In this document: positions 37,159 to 49,100 of the stretch, in pieces
Numbering within the stretch: the stretch's first letter is position 1
Layout: the number at the start of each line of letters is the position of its first letter
Assembly (NCBI GenBank): GCA_051362555.1
Contig: CM120648.1
Location: forward strand, 10,846,587 to 10,910,586
DNA from: Lingula anatina
Lineage: Eukaryota; Animalia; Brachiopoda
Length of the DNA: 64,000 nt
Direction: 5' to 3'
Notes under the pieces: generated by a model
Seen by the model: the letters and a program-made list of their open reading frames with translations, nothing else
What the model was told of the DNA's origin: nothing
The model's database searches: none
Position numbers and translations under genes: made by a program

Positions 37159-40100
37159 TTAGATACATGGACTGACACTTGTTCCACCTATTGCCTCCTG
37201 AAAGTCTATTGGGTCTTCCTGGTTGAATTTTAAGTCTCGTAGACAGCCGTTGAGTCCCTGGAAGTATTTCCCTCCTGTCATGTAACTGAAGTCTGGAACA
37301 CCACCTGGGAGAAAGAAAAACATCATGTTATCTAAAACAACCTCTTTAGGTAAGTTGCACTTTAGTACAATATATACATGAGTGAAAGTTGTAAAAACTG
37401 AAAATCCTAAAAAAAATGTAGCTTGTAATTTTTCACTGCATTAAAAAGGGAAGAAGATGAAGACTGTTAATCCTGAAATCGGGCTTAATACTGAAAACTT
37501 TCATTCTTATATATAAAAATTAAGTCACTAATCACTTGGGCCCTTTTGCAAATTAAGTTATTAGCCATAAATTGGTAGCTAAGAATCCAATACATGTTCA
37601 ACAAAGACTTCAAATGCCCATTTGCCTTGGTTCTTTTGGATTCAAAACGAAAACCTTCAACCAAACTGACATTGAAGCAAAACAGCATTTTACTCATAGT
37701 GGCAAAAAATAGCCCAATTTCATAAGTCAGTATCATTTGTTTGGGATGAAACAAGATTAAGTGTGATCAGAAACTAGACTCCACACAAAGTTACTTATAA
37801 AACATGTCACAGATCCAAATTTTATGTCTTGGTTTGCAATAATTCACACTTTGTCCTGTTTTTCATACAGGCTTGAATGGAGTCTTGCATAAACTACAGA
37901 TAATGTTTGCCTCTGACCTGGTCTGGTATTTTTTCCAGAAGTTTTTTTTTTTTTACAAATCAGACAGGGAGTGACCCTATAAGGGTTGCTATAAACTGAA
38001 ACTTTTTATCATTTTAAGTTACAAATTTTGTTCAGTATCTAAATTTTACACTAAAATGATATAGAAGTGATCATAAAATCACAGATGTAGATATTATGAC
38101 AATTTCTATTGTATATTCCAAAAGTAACTTGATACCTACCAACATAAATATCTCCTTCTGCATTCAACATTTTCAACTGTCCGAGTGATTCTCCCTTCAC
38201 AATGGAGAAGTCATCTACTAATATTTCTCCACTTCTGCCTTGTCTAAAACAGATAATAGGTTTACCTTAATAGCTATATATATTAATATGCTCCTGGATA
38301 TACAATAAAATATTTTAAAAAAATATTAGAAGAACCAGATTAAGTTGAAATTGATACCCAATTCACATATTTATCTCCAGAATAACTGTCTATCCTGAAA
38401 TGATCATAATTTATGAGGAATTTGATTCAAATTTCTTGTTCACTTACCAGTGGCAATCCCACTCTTAAGAAAACTTAACCCCCTTTATGGGCTAGAGATG
38501 ATAAATACTTATGTACTTCAAAATATTAATGGGATTATAAGGAAAGAATATATGTTGCTAATAGCAAACATTAGAAAGGTGCCACCAAAGATTTCCTAAA
38601 AAAGCAAAGACATTGTGTATGAACACTTGCCTTTTTATTGTGATGGTATGCATTCTTCCATCATTTATTCTGTCTGAAGTTACTATGCTAGCTGGACCAC
38701 TGCCTAGTTCATAGCTGAAACACAGAGCATTTCACTAGTGGGCTGGAATTGGTCTTAAAGTGCAATTTAAGTTCACAAGTGATCTTACACGATCTTAAAA
38801 ATTACAGCAGTAGTCTTAAAATGGACTGAATCTGCTTTTAAGATCAAAAATGATCTAACATCTACTTAAGTGGTCAAGCAGTTTCCTCCCCTCACAATGG
38901 GGGATACCTCCCCTCACAAAAGAGGACACCTCTGCTCACAATAGGAGAATGTGAAAGGGGAGACAATTTAATTGGCTGTTAGACCAGAAATAGTCTTACT
39001 CATGGTTTAAGATCAAGTAAGACTATTTGTGAACTTAAATTGCACTTTAAGACCAATTCAAGCCTACTAGTGTTTGGTATATAAATATATCATATCTTCA
39101 CTCGACCAGTGGCATTATACAAAGATGGCAAACTCCATTACGTAGGTTTCCGTTATGTTAGAATCATAAGTGTGAGGGACTTTAAATATCAGACACCTTG
39201 GTGACTGATTAAGTTTCATCTTTTCCACAGCATTCTTTTGGCTGTTAGATCACACACACAACACGAATGCAAACACGCACTCCCACACATAGGCACGCAT
39301 CATTCACATACATTGTCTTACAAGCTCTTTGACTCTATATCAAACAGACACCACTTTCTTCCAACACACATATATAGACAGTGGTCATGGTACAAAAACA
39401 CACCTGAGTTCTATATGTCCATCTCTAAGTCCCACAGCCAGATAATCCCTACCCTGCCCCAGGGTGGTCGGCTCCTGTCCATGCCACAGAATCAGGCCAT
39501 CGTAATCATTGGTCATCACTTTGAACTGGACCATCTCTTCCAGTGTTGCAGAATGGGGCAGATGCTCTTTGGAGAATATCACATACTGACTGCCACTGAA
39601 ACGGACGGAGGAGCCGCCAACTTTCTCCTCTGAAAGAGAAAATTGCTTCAGTTTTGTTGTCACCCACATAATCAAGACTGGTGAATGTAGCCTTTAATTC
39701 AGCAGGCCTGTAGCCAGGGGGGTTCGAAAGAACTGCCCCTTTTGCAGGGAAAAGGTCCACTCTGGGTAAAATTTGATCTAGGTACATGAAGTTTTTATAG
39801 GAAAAGGTCCACTTTTTCAAAAAAGAATCCCCCTTTTGAAATTGCTGGCTACAGGCCTGAATTGTTATGTAAAAATGTGAAATTTAGGGACTTGAAATCA
39901 GGTAATTAAACTGCAATATTCACAACAGTTTTGGCTAGGGTTTACCTTGTTGTTAAAGGGAAAGTCCCTAAAGTTTCCATGAAAAATGTTTTTATTTGCT
40001 ATTTCATAGTCACATATGCATCACATGCACAGATGATTCCCAATTCTTGTGCATCTTCCTCTTTAGTTCTCTTCTTTCAAAGGGCAAAAAGTCTCTTAGC

Positions 40101-43100
40101 AGCCAAAGATCTGAGGAAGAAGTCTATATCTATGTGGTTTCAGAGCACATATATGATACTGTTTTCTTGAGATCTAGGAACAAATTTCTTACCCTGTTCA
40201 CAATTGGTTCCTTTAAAGCCCAGTTTGCACCTGCATGTGAAGGCAATGCCATTGAGTGGTATACACTCTCCCCCATTCTGGCATGGTGAATCGCCTCTCG
40301 TGCAGGCATTCAGTTGAAGCTCACAGTCAGCACCTGAAAAACAAAGACAGAACTGTGGTAGTTCTTCACTGCATTTTAACAAAGCATATTAAATATACAC
40401 CAAAATGATGACTGGAATTTCTTTAACACATGGATGGTTTATGTCAGAGAGTGCCTTTTACTGAGTGCCTAACATGATAAATCTTGTGTACAGTATACAT
40501 TGGTAAGATGATGCCAATCTAAGGTCCCACTTGTTCATACACTTGCACACATCAATTTCATTCATGAATGAATTGAATCTGTAGTAAATAAATAGTTTAT
40601 CTCAGTGGCAGATTATTCAATCCTTTGTTGTCCACCATCTTCTTTTTCTCTTATCCCCCTACTATTCAACAATCCTCCCATCTCTCTCTCTCTCTCTCTA
40701 CCTGCCTCCTCTCTCTTCTACCATTATCCATTCTCTCTAAGTGCATTCAGAACAGTGGACAGTGCAGATCAAATATGGCCCACCCACTTGAATGCTTGTT
40801 GTGAATTCTTATGGGAAATTCTTTTTCAGTGTCTAATTGGGAATTAAGCGACAAGCTTTTCAGTGGATCGCCATGTTTGATCTGTGGATCTGTTATTCGG
40901 CTGCTCTGAATGAGCTCTCTCTCTCTTCCTCCTTATCTCACTTTTTCTTCATTATCTATATAGTATCCCAACAAGCACCTGTGGAATCAGCAGGACAAAC
41001 ACATGTATAGTCTCCATTCTGGTTGACACAGGTGCCACCGTTTTTACAGGGGCGGATCTCACACGGATTCTTGGTGCCACAGTCCATGATATTGGCACTG
41101 TCCAAGACATTGGTCACAAGGTTCTTGGGACGGTCATTTATTTCAAACTGAAATAAGGAGGACAGTTCATGAACTTTTTCAATGAATAAGGCTAAAACCC
41201 ATTAGTCATTGTGTAGACTTGCATTTTCAAATCTATTTAACTGACTGTACAAGTGTAACTACCAAGAAAACATCAATTTTGTATGAATTTTGGAATTAGT
41301 GGTTGAAATAAAGTTACAATTCTTTACCAAGAAAAGAAAGGGAAATTTTTTACCTCACTTATACAGCCATCAAACCCTCTTTTAACTCCTACACTGGAGG
41401 AAATCATGCGATCGGGGTCCACACCTCCAAGATACAGGGGCAGGCGGAGGTTTAGGCCCTCTGTGTTACCCTCAGAGGTACCTGAGGAGCAAACAAAACC
41501 ACACTTAGTACAATACTAGAAATATGGATGTATATGGAGGAATATGGTTGGTTATCAAAGTTAAGGAGGGTGTCATAACTTGGAAAGATCACTCATTGGT
41601 TGTTTAGTCCTCTCATAGTTTAGCTTTGCTGAAATATCAAATAACATAAATGTGAATGATATAAAAAACTATCCAGTTGTTAAGATGAATCAGCCAGGAA
41701 CTTGAAACCAAAGCTGCAAGTAAAATTTTTCAAAACAATTATCATAATTCTGGATATTTTCTGAAAGTAATCACATAACCAATTTACCAAAGACAACCTA
41801 TATGCCGTTTTTTTTCCTTGGGAGCAGCACTGCCACCTGAGAGCAATGAAGAAAATGAAGGGAACACTACTGACACCTGGTGTGCAGTGACAAAAAAGTG
41901 TAAACTAACATACATAGTCAGCACTACTGTATCTAGCAGGTGCTCTGAAACTGCACTAGTTACATTTAAGAACATCCTTTCCTGTTAACTGTTGTTTTAA
42001 TGGTGCTTTTAATTAAAAAATATGCTTTATTTACACAGAGCAAGGCAAATATACCTTAGTTTCCGGGTGTAGTGTCGATTCTTATATTTTGGGCAACATG
42101 TTTTTGTCAGAAATTTGTTAACTTTTCATCTAAAACTGTGAAAACAGAGCTGTTGGAATCGTTACAAAAACAAAATTATAAAAACCTTTTTGATGGACAG
42201 TAAAGCAAGATGTTCACAGTTCTAAGAAAGGGCATTCTGAATAAGACAGTTCATAACATTTAGTGTCTCCAGTTTTAAAATACTTGGTTTACACCCATTA
42301 CATTTAGACCGAAAGACACTGACAGGAGTCAGAAAAAGTAGGATCATGTCTGTGATTGTATGAAAAAAGGTTGAGGGATTAAAATACTATTACTGGTCCA
42401 GGATGGGTTTTGGATGTAATATAACATTAATGCAATGTTCAGTTTTCCGATGGTCAAATAATTTTTAAGATTGCAAAAGTGTAAACCAAATAAAATGTCA
42501 AACGTGGAGGCATTTGAATTCAGTGTGTAAAACCTACAAATAAAATGACAATTTTCTATTAACACTTCAACAGAACATATAACAAAGTGACATGTGTAAA
42601 TCTATTAAGCCATACTTTCATCACAGCATTGTAACAGATCACATTTTGCCAAATCAATTCAAATACTGCTAAAAATTACTTAGTAAATAAAACAGTGAAT
42701 AATATAACACGTCCATGCTTACAAAATGTGTACCATTACTTTTGCATTAAGAGTGCAATTGACAAATCATTTACTAATGCAAAAAAATCTTTTCTTTTTT
42801 CATTATAGAAAATTAACATATTACAGGAAATAAATACTGCAGCCATCAAATAAATGTATTAGTGGGCTCTAAAAGTGCTGCAAACAAGCTTTTTTATCTA
42901 TGGAGAAGCAGATAACAGATATGCCCAATACAAGTACCTATTTCAAAGCCAAGCTAAGTTAAAATATCATTGTATTCAAAGCAGATTTCGGGGTGAAAGG
43001 GAATCTCAAATATTTGCACAAGCAAAGGGCTACTATCCAATGTGTATAAAAAGTCTCACCTCACCTCACTCAATGTTTAACAACTTTTGTTAGCAAATTG

Positions 43101-46100
43101 GTGTTAAATTGAAGATTAAAAAAGCAATCACATTAAGCTTAACACAAATGCACTGATTAAAGCATTTCAAATCAGCAAAATGCAACTGAAAAGCAAGCTT
43201 TTAAGGCAGGAAGTATATAATAGTATTGTTATGCATATGCAAAGTAACTATTTGGCTTCACACACCAACATGCAAATATAACAAGTAATGCAGCTATGCA
43301 CTTTCTTTTCAAATCACCAAAGGATGCATGCCCATTGTACATTTTGCTTAGATTCATACACATCGAAATGAAAAGGAAGTAATTTATATGGGGTTAAAGC
43401 TACCAAAAATGTTGACATTTTTAAAGATTTTCAGTGCTAAGCGAGGTAAATAATAAATGTAGCAAACTCAAATATGACAAATACAAATAAAATATCAGAC
43501 ACATAAACAATAACACTGGCAAACAAAAAGATTGCTAAGCAACAGATTTTCACAGCAACAAAAAACATCTGGAAGCAACTGAAAATGATCAAGATAATGA
43601 AATAATGAAAGACAGTGCCAATCTGCAAATTACTTTATGGGAGGCCCTGGTACATGTTCTTTCTAGTGAGGAGAAAGCCAATTACAGCACCCTCATGTAA
43701 GAACAAATTGTCTGTTAATAGGCTAAACTAGAATAAGTTTTAAAAATGAGATGTTCCTTTTATTTTCAAAGTAGTTTTTTTGTCATAAAATAAGATAATT
43801 TCCAAAAGTTATTTGCAGATACGATCACCTTAAACTTAAAATGAAGAGGAAAGTTTCTGTACTCAGTTGAGGCAGTATGAGAGAGAAGCTAACTGGAAGC
43901 TTTATGGCCACAAAATTGGGTCACAGTGAATGAGAGGAACTGGGTGAATTAAAAATTAGGTCATTAAAATTAGATCATTAAATTGAAACAGAATCACCAG
44001 AGCAATTAACAATTCACAAAAATGAACTAGGTAAAACTTTGGGTGGTTAGAATTAAGTGGATAATTTCAATAAACTTTAAAGAAACCAAGAACATAAATT
44101 ACATGTGCCTTGATCACAAAAAAACATTCTAAATAAGAAAAGAAACATTTTTTTTACCAAATGACAGTATACGTACAGTTGAATAAAGGGACACAAAGGT
44201 CTACATGTATATATAGTTTTAAGGATAATAGGATGATATACTGTAACTGGACAGGCTAGCAATAGTAATTCCATGGTGTTCACTTCAAAAATTGGAAAAT
44301 GGAGTAGACAAAAATCATAGATGCTCATTAGTAATTTAAGTCTAAGGGGAAACATCTTTATAAATAATTGTATCAGGGAGATTTAATCGGAAGAAGAATA
44401 AAATAACAAATGCCTGAGAAAATTTAAAGGTAATTAACTGTAGCGTCAAACCATACACTATTCAATCCGTCAATGTCAAATCACACTAGCTGGATATATA
44501 TTTCATACAATTCACAGAAATTCATGCTGGTTTAGTTCTGTTAAGGTCTTCTTAAAGTAGTCCCATTTCCTCTCTCACTGCAATAACCCTATCATTATAT
44601 TAGCATTGCACACTGCTTTTTGTTTGTTTTTTTAAATATATTTTTCATCATTTTTATACCTCCATCCGTGTTACCAAATATGCCAAATAAGAAACCACCA
44701 GATTCCTTTGGTTCCGAGGCTACAAAATAATAGGTCAAGGTCATAGAACAAGGTCAATACAATGTACTGAAATGAACAGCAAAATGTCCTGAAATAAAAC
44801 AGCACATAAAAAGGATATGCTTCCTTAAAACTGACAAAAAAATTTACTGATGTAAGTACATTTGAATATTAAACAGTAAATGTGAAATTCAAGCTCCACT
44901 TTAACATAAATTACTGCCCATAAATATATATTCTGTTGTGATCTATGAAGAAATCTAAAGCGCTCATATATAAAAACAGCTGCAGCACTTTTAAAGAGCC
45001 TATCTATAATACCATTCAACAATATTTTCTTATCCGTAACATCTTTTTCTCCTCCCTTTTTTCAGATCTTTGCATCCAACAGAAGAGTGAAAAAATACAT
45101 AGCAGCATACATCTTTAACACTGTGTAAGTCAACTAGTGCAGATCAATAAGGCAAAAAGTTTCACGGAGGGAAAAAGATGCTCCAGAGGAAAAAATGTGT
45201 GATATGGCCCTGTACTGAATAAGATGCAATGCGCACAACTATGCGTATAGTGGTGCAATATATGTATGGTCCATTATAATAAACTTTTATTCCTATTCTA
45301 CTTCACATTCTGCAGCTAGGCAATTTTCAAAAAATATATTTCAGACTTTTAACTAACAATTCTTTTGTTTAACATGTACAAAGTTTGAGATTCATAATAT
45401 TATACTTAGTTTGAGAAAGGGGTTGCACTGGGAAAGGGGTTTTTAGGCTTTGCCATTCTTGCAAAATACACACAAAGCGTATGGACATTTTCCTTGAGGC
45501 AGATCCATTTATTTCTTAATGTAAATCTTTTCAAAGAATTAACTCACTTCATACTGAGTTGCCAATGACTGGTTTCATTTTGCCAAATTTCACAATAAAC
45601 CCATCCTTAGTTTTAGACAAAAAAGTGAATAGTGGATCTGTCTTATAATTTAAGCAACTCAAAGAGACATTAATATTGACAGCACTTGGCATTCTAGCCA
45701 TCTGCAAAACTCTAGCATTCACATGTGCAAAAGGCCTTCAAACACAGTGCACAGGAATACAAAAACTACATAAATCATTAGAATTTGATTACTATAAGTT
45801 AAACCAATGGTTGAAACATCTACCACAGTTAAGGTAACATAAACAATAACTTAAAAATATACTAAGATTCAAAATTAGTCAACAACTTTTGATATATTAA
45901 CATATTTTCAACATATTACTAAAATCATTAGATATTTCCAAATGTATATATTGAAGGCTTGTCTTGGGTAAAAGTCCCTCTACAGTAGAGATTGATACAA
46001 GCAAATCCAGATGGTCACCTTACCTTTGACTGCTACACCATTATTCACAATAAGTGAGCCATCTTTTAGATTTCTCTCTGCTATAATTGTAGTCCATTGG

Positions 46101-49100
46101 TCTGCCTGAAGCTCATCCTCACTAGTTATCACTGCTGCTCCTGATAGCATGAAAGTTTATAAAATAAAACAGTATTGTATATAATTAATGCCTCTCTGTT
46201 ACCACATTGAAAGGTAAGTGCAAAACAGAGGCGACCACAAGAGTATTGATGGAAATACTTCGAAGAACATACATTAAAATGGCCAGTAAGATGTTTGAAA
46301 ACTATGGTTTATCACTTTTCAGGAGCATTCTAGCCTACAATTTTAAATGCAATTCTTTTATAAGATTATCTAAATCAAAACAATAGTTTAAAAAATTAAA
46401 TAAACTGAAATCCATTTGGTTCTAAATGAAGATTAACTCATCATTAAAAAACCCAAGACATCTAAATTATCTATGGTAGTCCTGAATTAATTTCAAACTT
46501 AAGACCCAAGCCCTACTTTTCCAAGACTACATACCTGACCCAGAATCAAAACTGAACTGCATCTTCCTATCCTTGATTGCCAGGGCTATGTAGTCACCAA
46601 CTCCATCCTCTCTCTGTCCATTGTACAGGAGAATGCCATCCTCCAAGCTGCGTGGCTTAAAGGTCATCTTCATTTTTGTCTGTCGTATGGCATCAGGTAG
46701 GGTTTCATAGGCAACGTATGAAGACTGATTGAAGGCTGGCTGCTTGATTTGAATGGCTGTGGCAAACAACGAGAAATATCCATCATGGATTGAAATATGG
46801 ACACACCAAGAAGTTGTTGTAGCAATTTAATTGTTGCAGATTATCATTATAACCATGTTATTTCAGTTAATTTGCAATTGCCTAAAGCTTTAACAGCACA
46901 AGGAGTTTTACTTTAGTACTAAGAATTACATCAGGGAGCTAACTATAATGTTATGAAATTAAAACCATCTGATCATTTCTACTCCTAAATATTAATGATA
47001 AACTACCAATGATTAAGAAATAGATGCTGATAAATGACTTGAGATGTCTTTTCAGATAGCATGTGATTGCTGGATCAACTGTGCATTTCTGCTGCAAAGT
47101 TCCTATAATTTTGCCTCATTCACATACCAATGACGTGACACTCTTGAGGCCACATGTGCATTGGTCAACTATTATTTTGATATCATTACTGGTCTATTCA
47201 TAGTCTGAATCATCAAAAATCTATGGTCCACCATCTACCCTTGCTGTTGGGTAAACTACATCACAGTAGAGCCCAATGCAAGAGCATTAACCACGTAATC
47301 TGGGTTCAAACCAGTAACAACATACAGGTTTCCATTTGGAATCTAAAACGCTTCTCTATATGACCACAACATGACATAATACCAACTGGGATTTATAGGG
47401 CCAAGACGCTTTAAATGACTATGAATATGACTATGTTTTTTTTCTACAAAATGTCTTTTCTATACATGACTCAAAAACTGGTTGCAAGTTTTCATAATCA
47501 TTGGCAGTAAACGTACTACAAATTATCAATTATTATTCAACTCAATTAAATTTCTGATTAAATTCTATATAAATACTAACTTATATCTAAAGCCCAAATT
47601 TTACATATTAAATAACACTTTTGGAAACAACTGGTAAACATATCTTTTAAGACTTCTTTTTATGTTAAAAAAAGTTAAGCAGGCTGTATGAGAGGCCATA
47701 TTTAAATAGTTTCTACTAAAAACTGCAATTTGAATGAAATATAGATATAAAGAATATTTATTTTCAAATTTTTATAAGTTAATAATTTTACTATTCAACC
47801 AAAAATGAATGAAAACATTCCTGTGAGCAACTACAAGTGGCCCCACATACTCATGGCAAACTGTTAAGAGGTATAAAGACAGTTAGTTGCTTGGTAATAT
47901 AGTGGTCATGCTATTGCAAATAAAACTGGTCAGTAAAAACAGCTGGAAGTAGTTCAAACATAGCTCACCATTGCTGGAAATGTCTCTTAGAAAGTGTTAT
48001 ACAGTTGCCTTGACCACACATATTATCATATATCCAACAACTAGTGACAACATCACATATCTTTAATGTTGTCATCACACACACTAGAATTGTGACATCA
48101 TACTTATTGCGTTGACAAAATGAAGTGCAGTATGCTTGTTTAATTCACAATCAAGGATTGAATACTCCCAGAAAGTGCACTTCAATGAACTGTCACAAAA
48201 AAAAAAAATAATAATAATAATAAAAAATAAAAATAAATAAATAAATAAAAAATACAGATGGAAGGTTAATTTTTTCCACAAAAGCTTTAAAGGTTGTGTG
48301 AAGGTTGTATACATATATATTTCTTATTCCTGCAAAGTGATATTATGGGGCCTTGCTTTTAATACCAGCCTGTGATATATTGTGGTCTTTGTTCATATCT
48401 TAGTGATTTGCAGTGATTCAGTTACACAAAGTGAGCAGTTAGAGCAAGTTATTCATGCAAAGATTTGATGGTGTCAATAAAATGGTACACGGTGCATAAA
48501 AACAACCAAAAAATGAAGGTGATGATTAATAAACAGAAGGGCCTGGGAACCAATACAAACATTCCATTCTTTTATTATTGGCGTTTTCTCCAAAAAATTA
48601 CTAGTCAAAATATTTGATTATAAATGTTCACTTACAAAACAACTTACAAAACAGATTTGCATATTCTGATGTCAAGTATTTTTACCATGATCTCAAGGTC
48701 TCTCTTCAAAGAGAAAAAGAGAAGCCATCATAAGCCAGCTAAATTGTAAAAATAGGAAAAACCTACTTAGTCATGAGGAAAAATCTGATATTGGCATTAA
48801 AGGCCAGTTTCCAATGTATAGAAGCTGAACTAACTATGACCCGTGATAGTGGGTTGCCTGATTATTTTTATGTCACCACTGGAAATTACCTGCCATCTAA
48901 TATGTCACAAATTACCTTAATAACCTGTGGCCCTGGTAATCAAAAGATTAGATTGCTCCAAACGATGAGCTAATCATAACAGATAACCTGTTGAGATGGG
49001 TTGTGCTAAGAAAGAACAACCTTCCTACAATGGAAACTGGCTGGCTTTATGGTGTCAATTCAGTTGACCTACACACAGATCTTGAAACTTTTTTTTCACA

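Noticed and set aside
42055-42129. 75-nt exon-like segment in the perlecan LG2 intron (ttttag..AAG|gtatat)
   Set aside because: Contains stop codons in all three frames, so it is not a coding cassette.
48880-48940. Short AG..GT pairs resembling microexons
   Set aside because: Poor polypyrimidine tract, and the 9-nt candidate gives TAA in phase 1.
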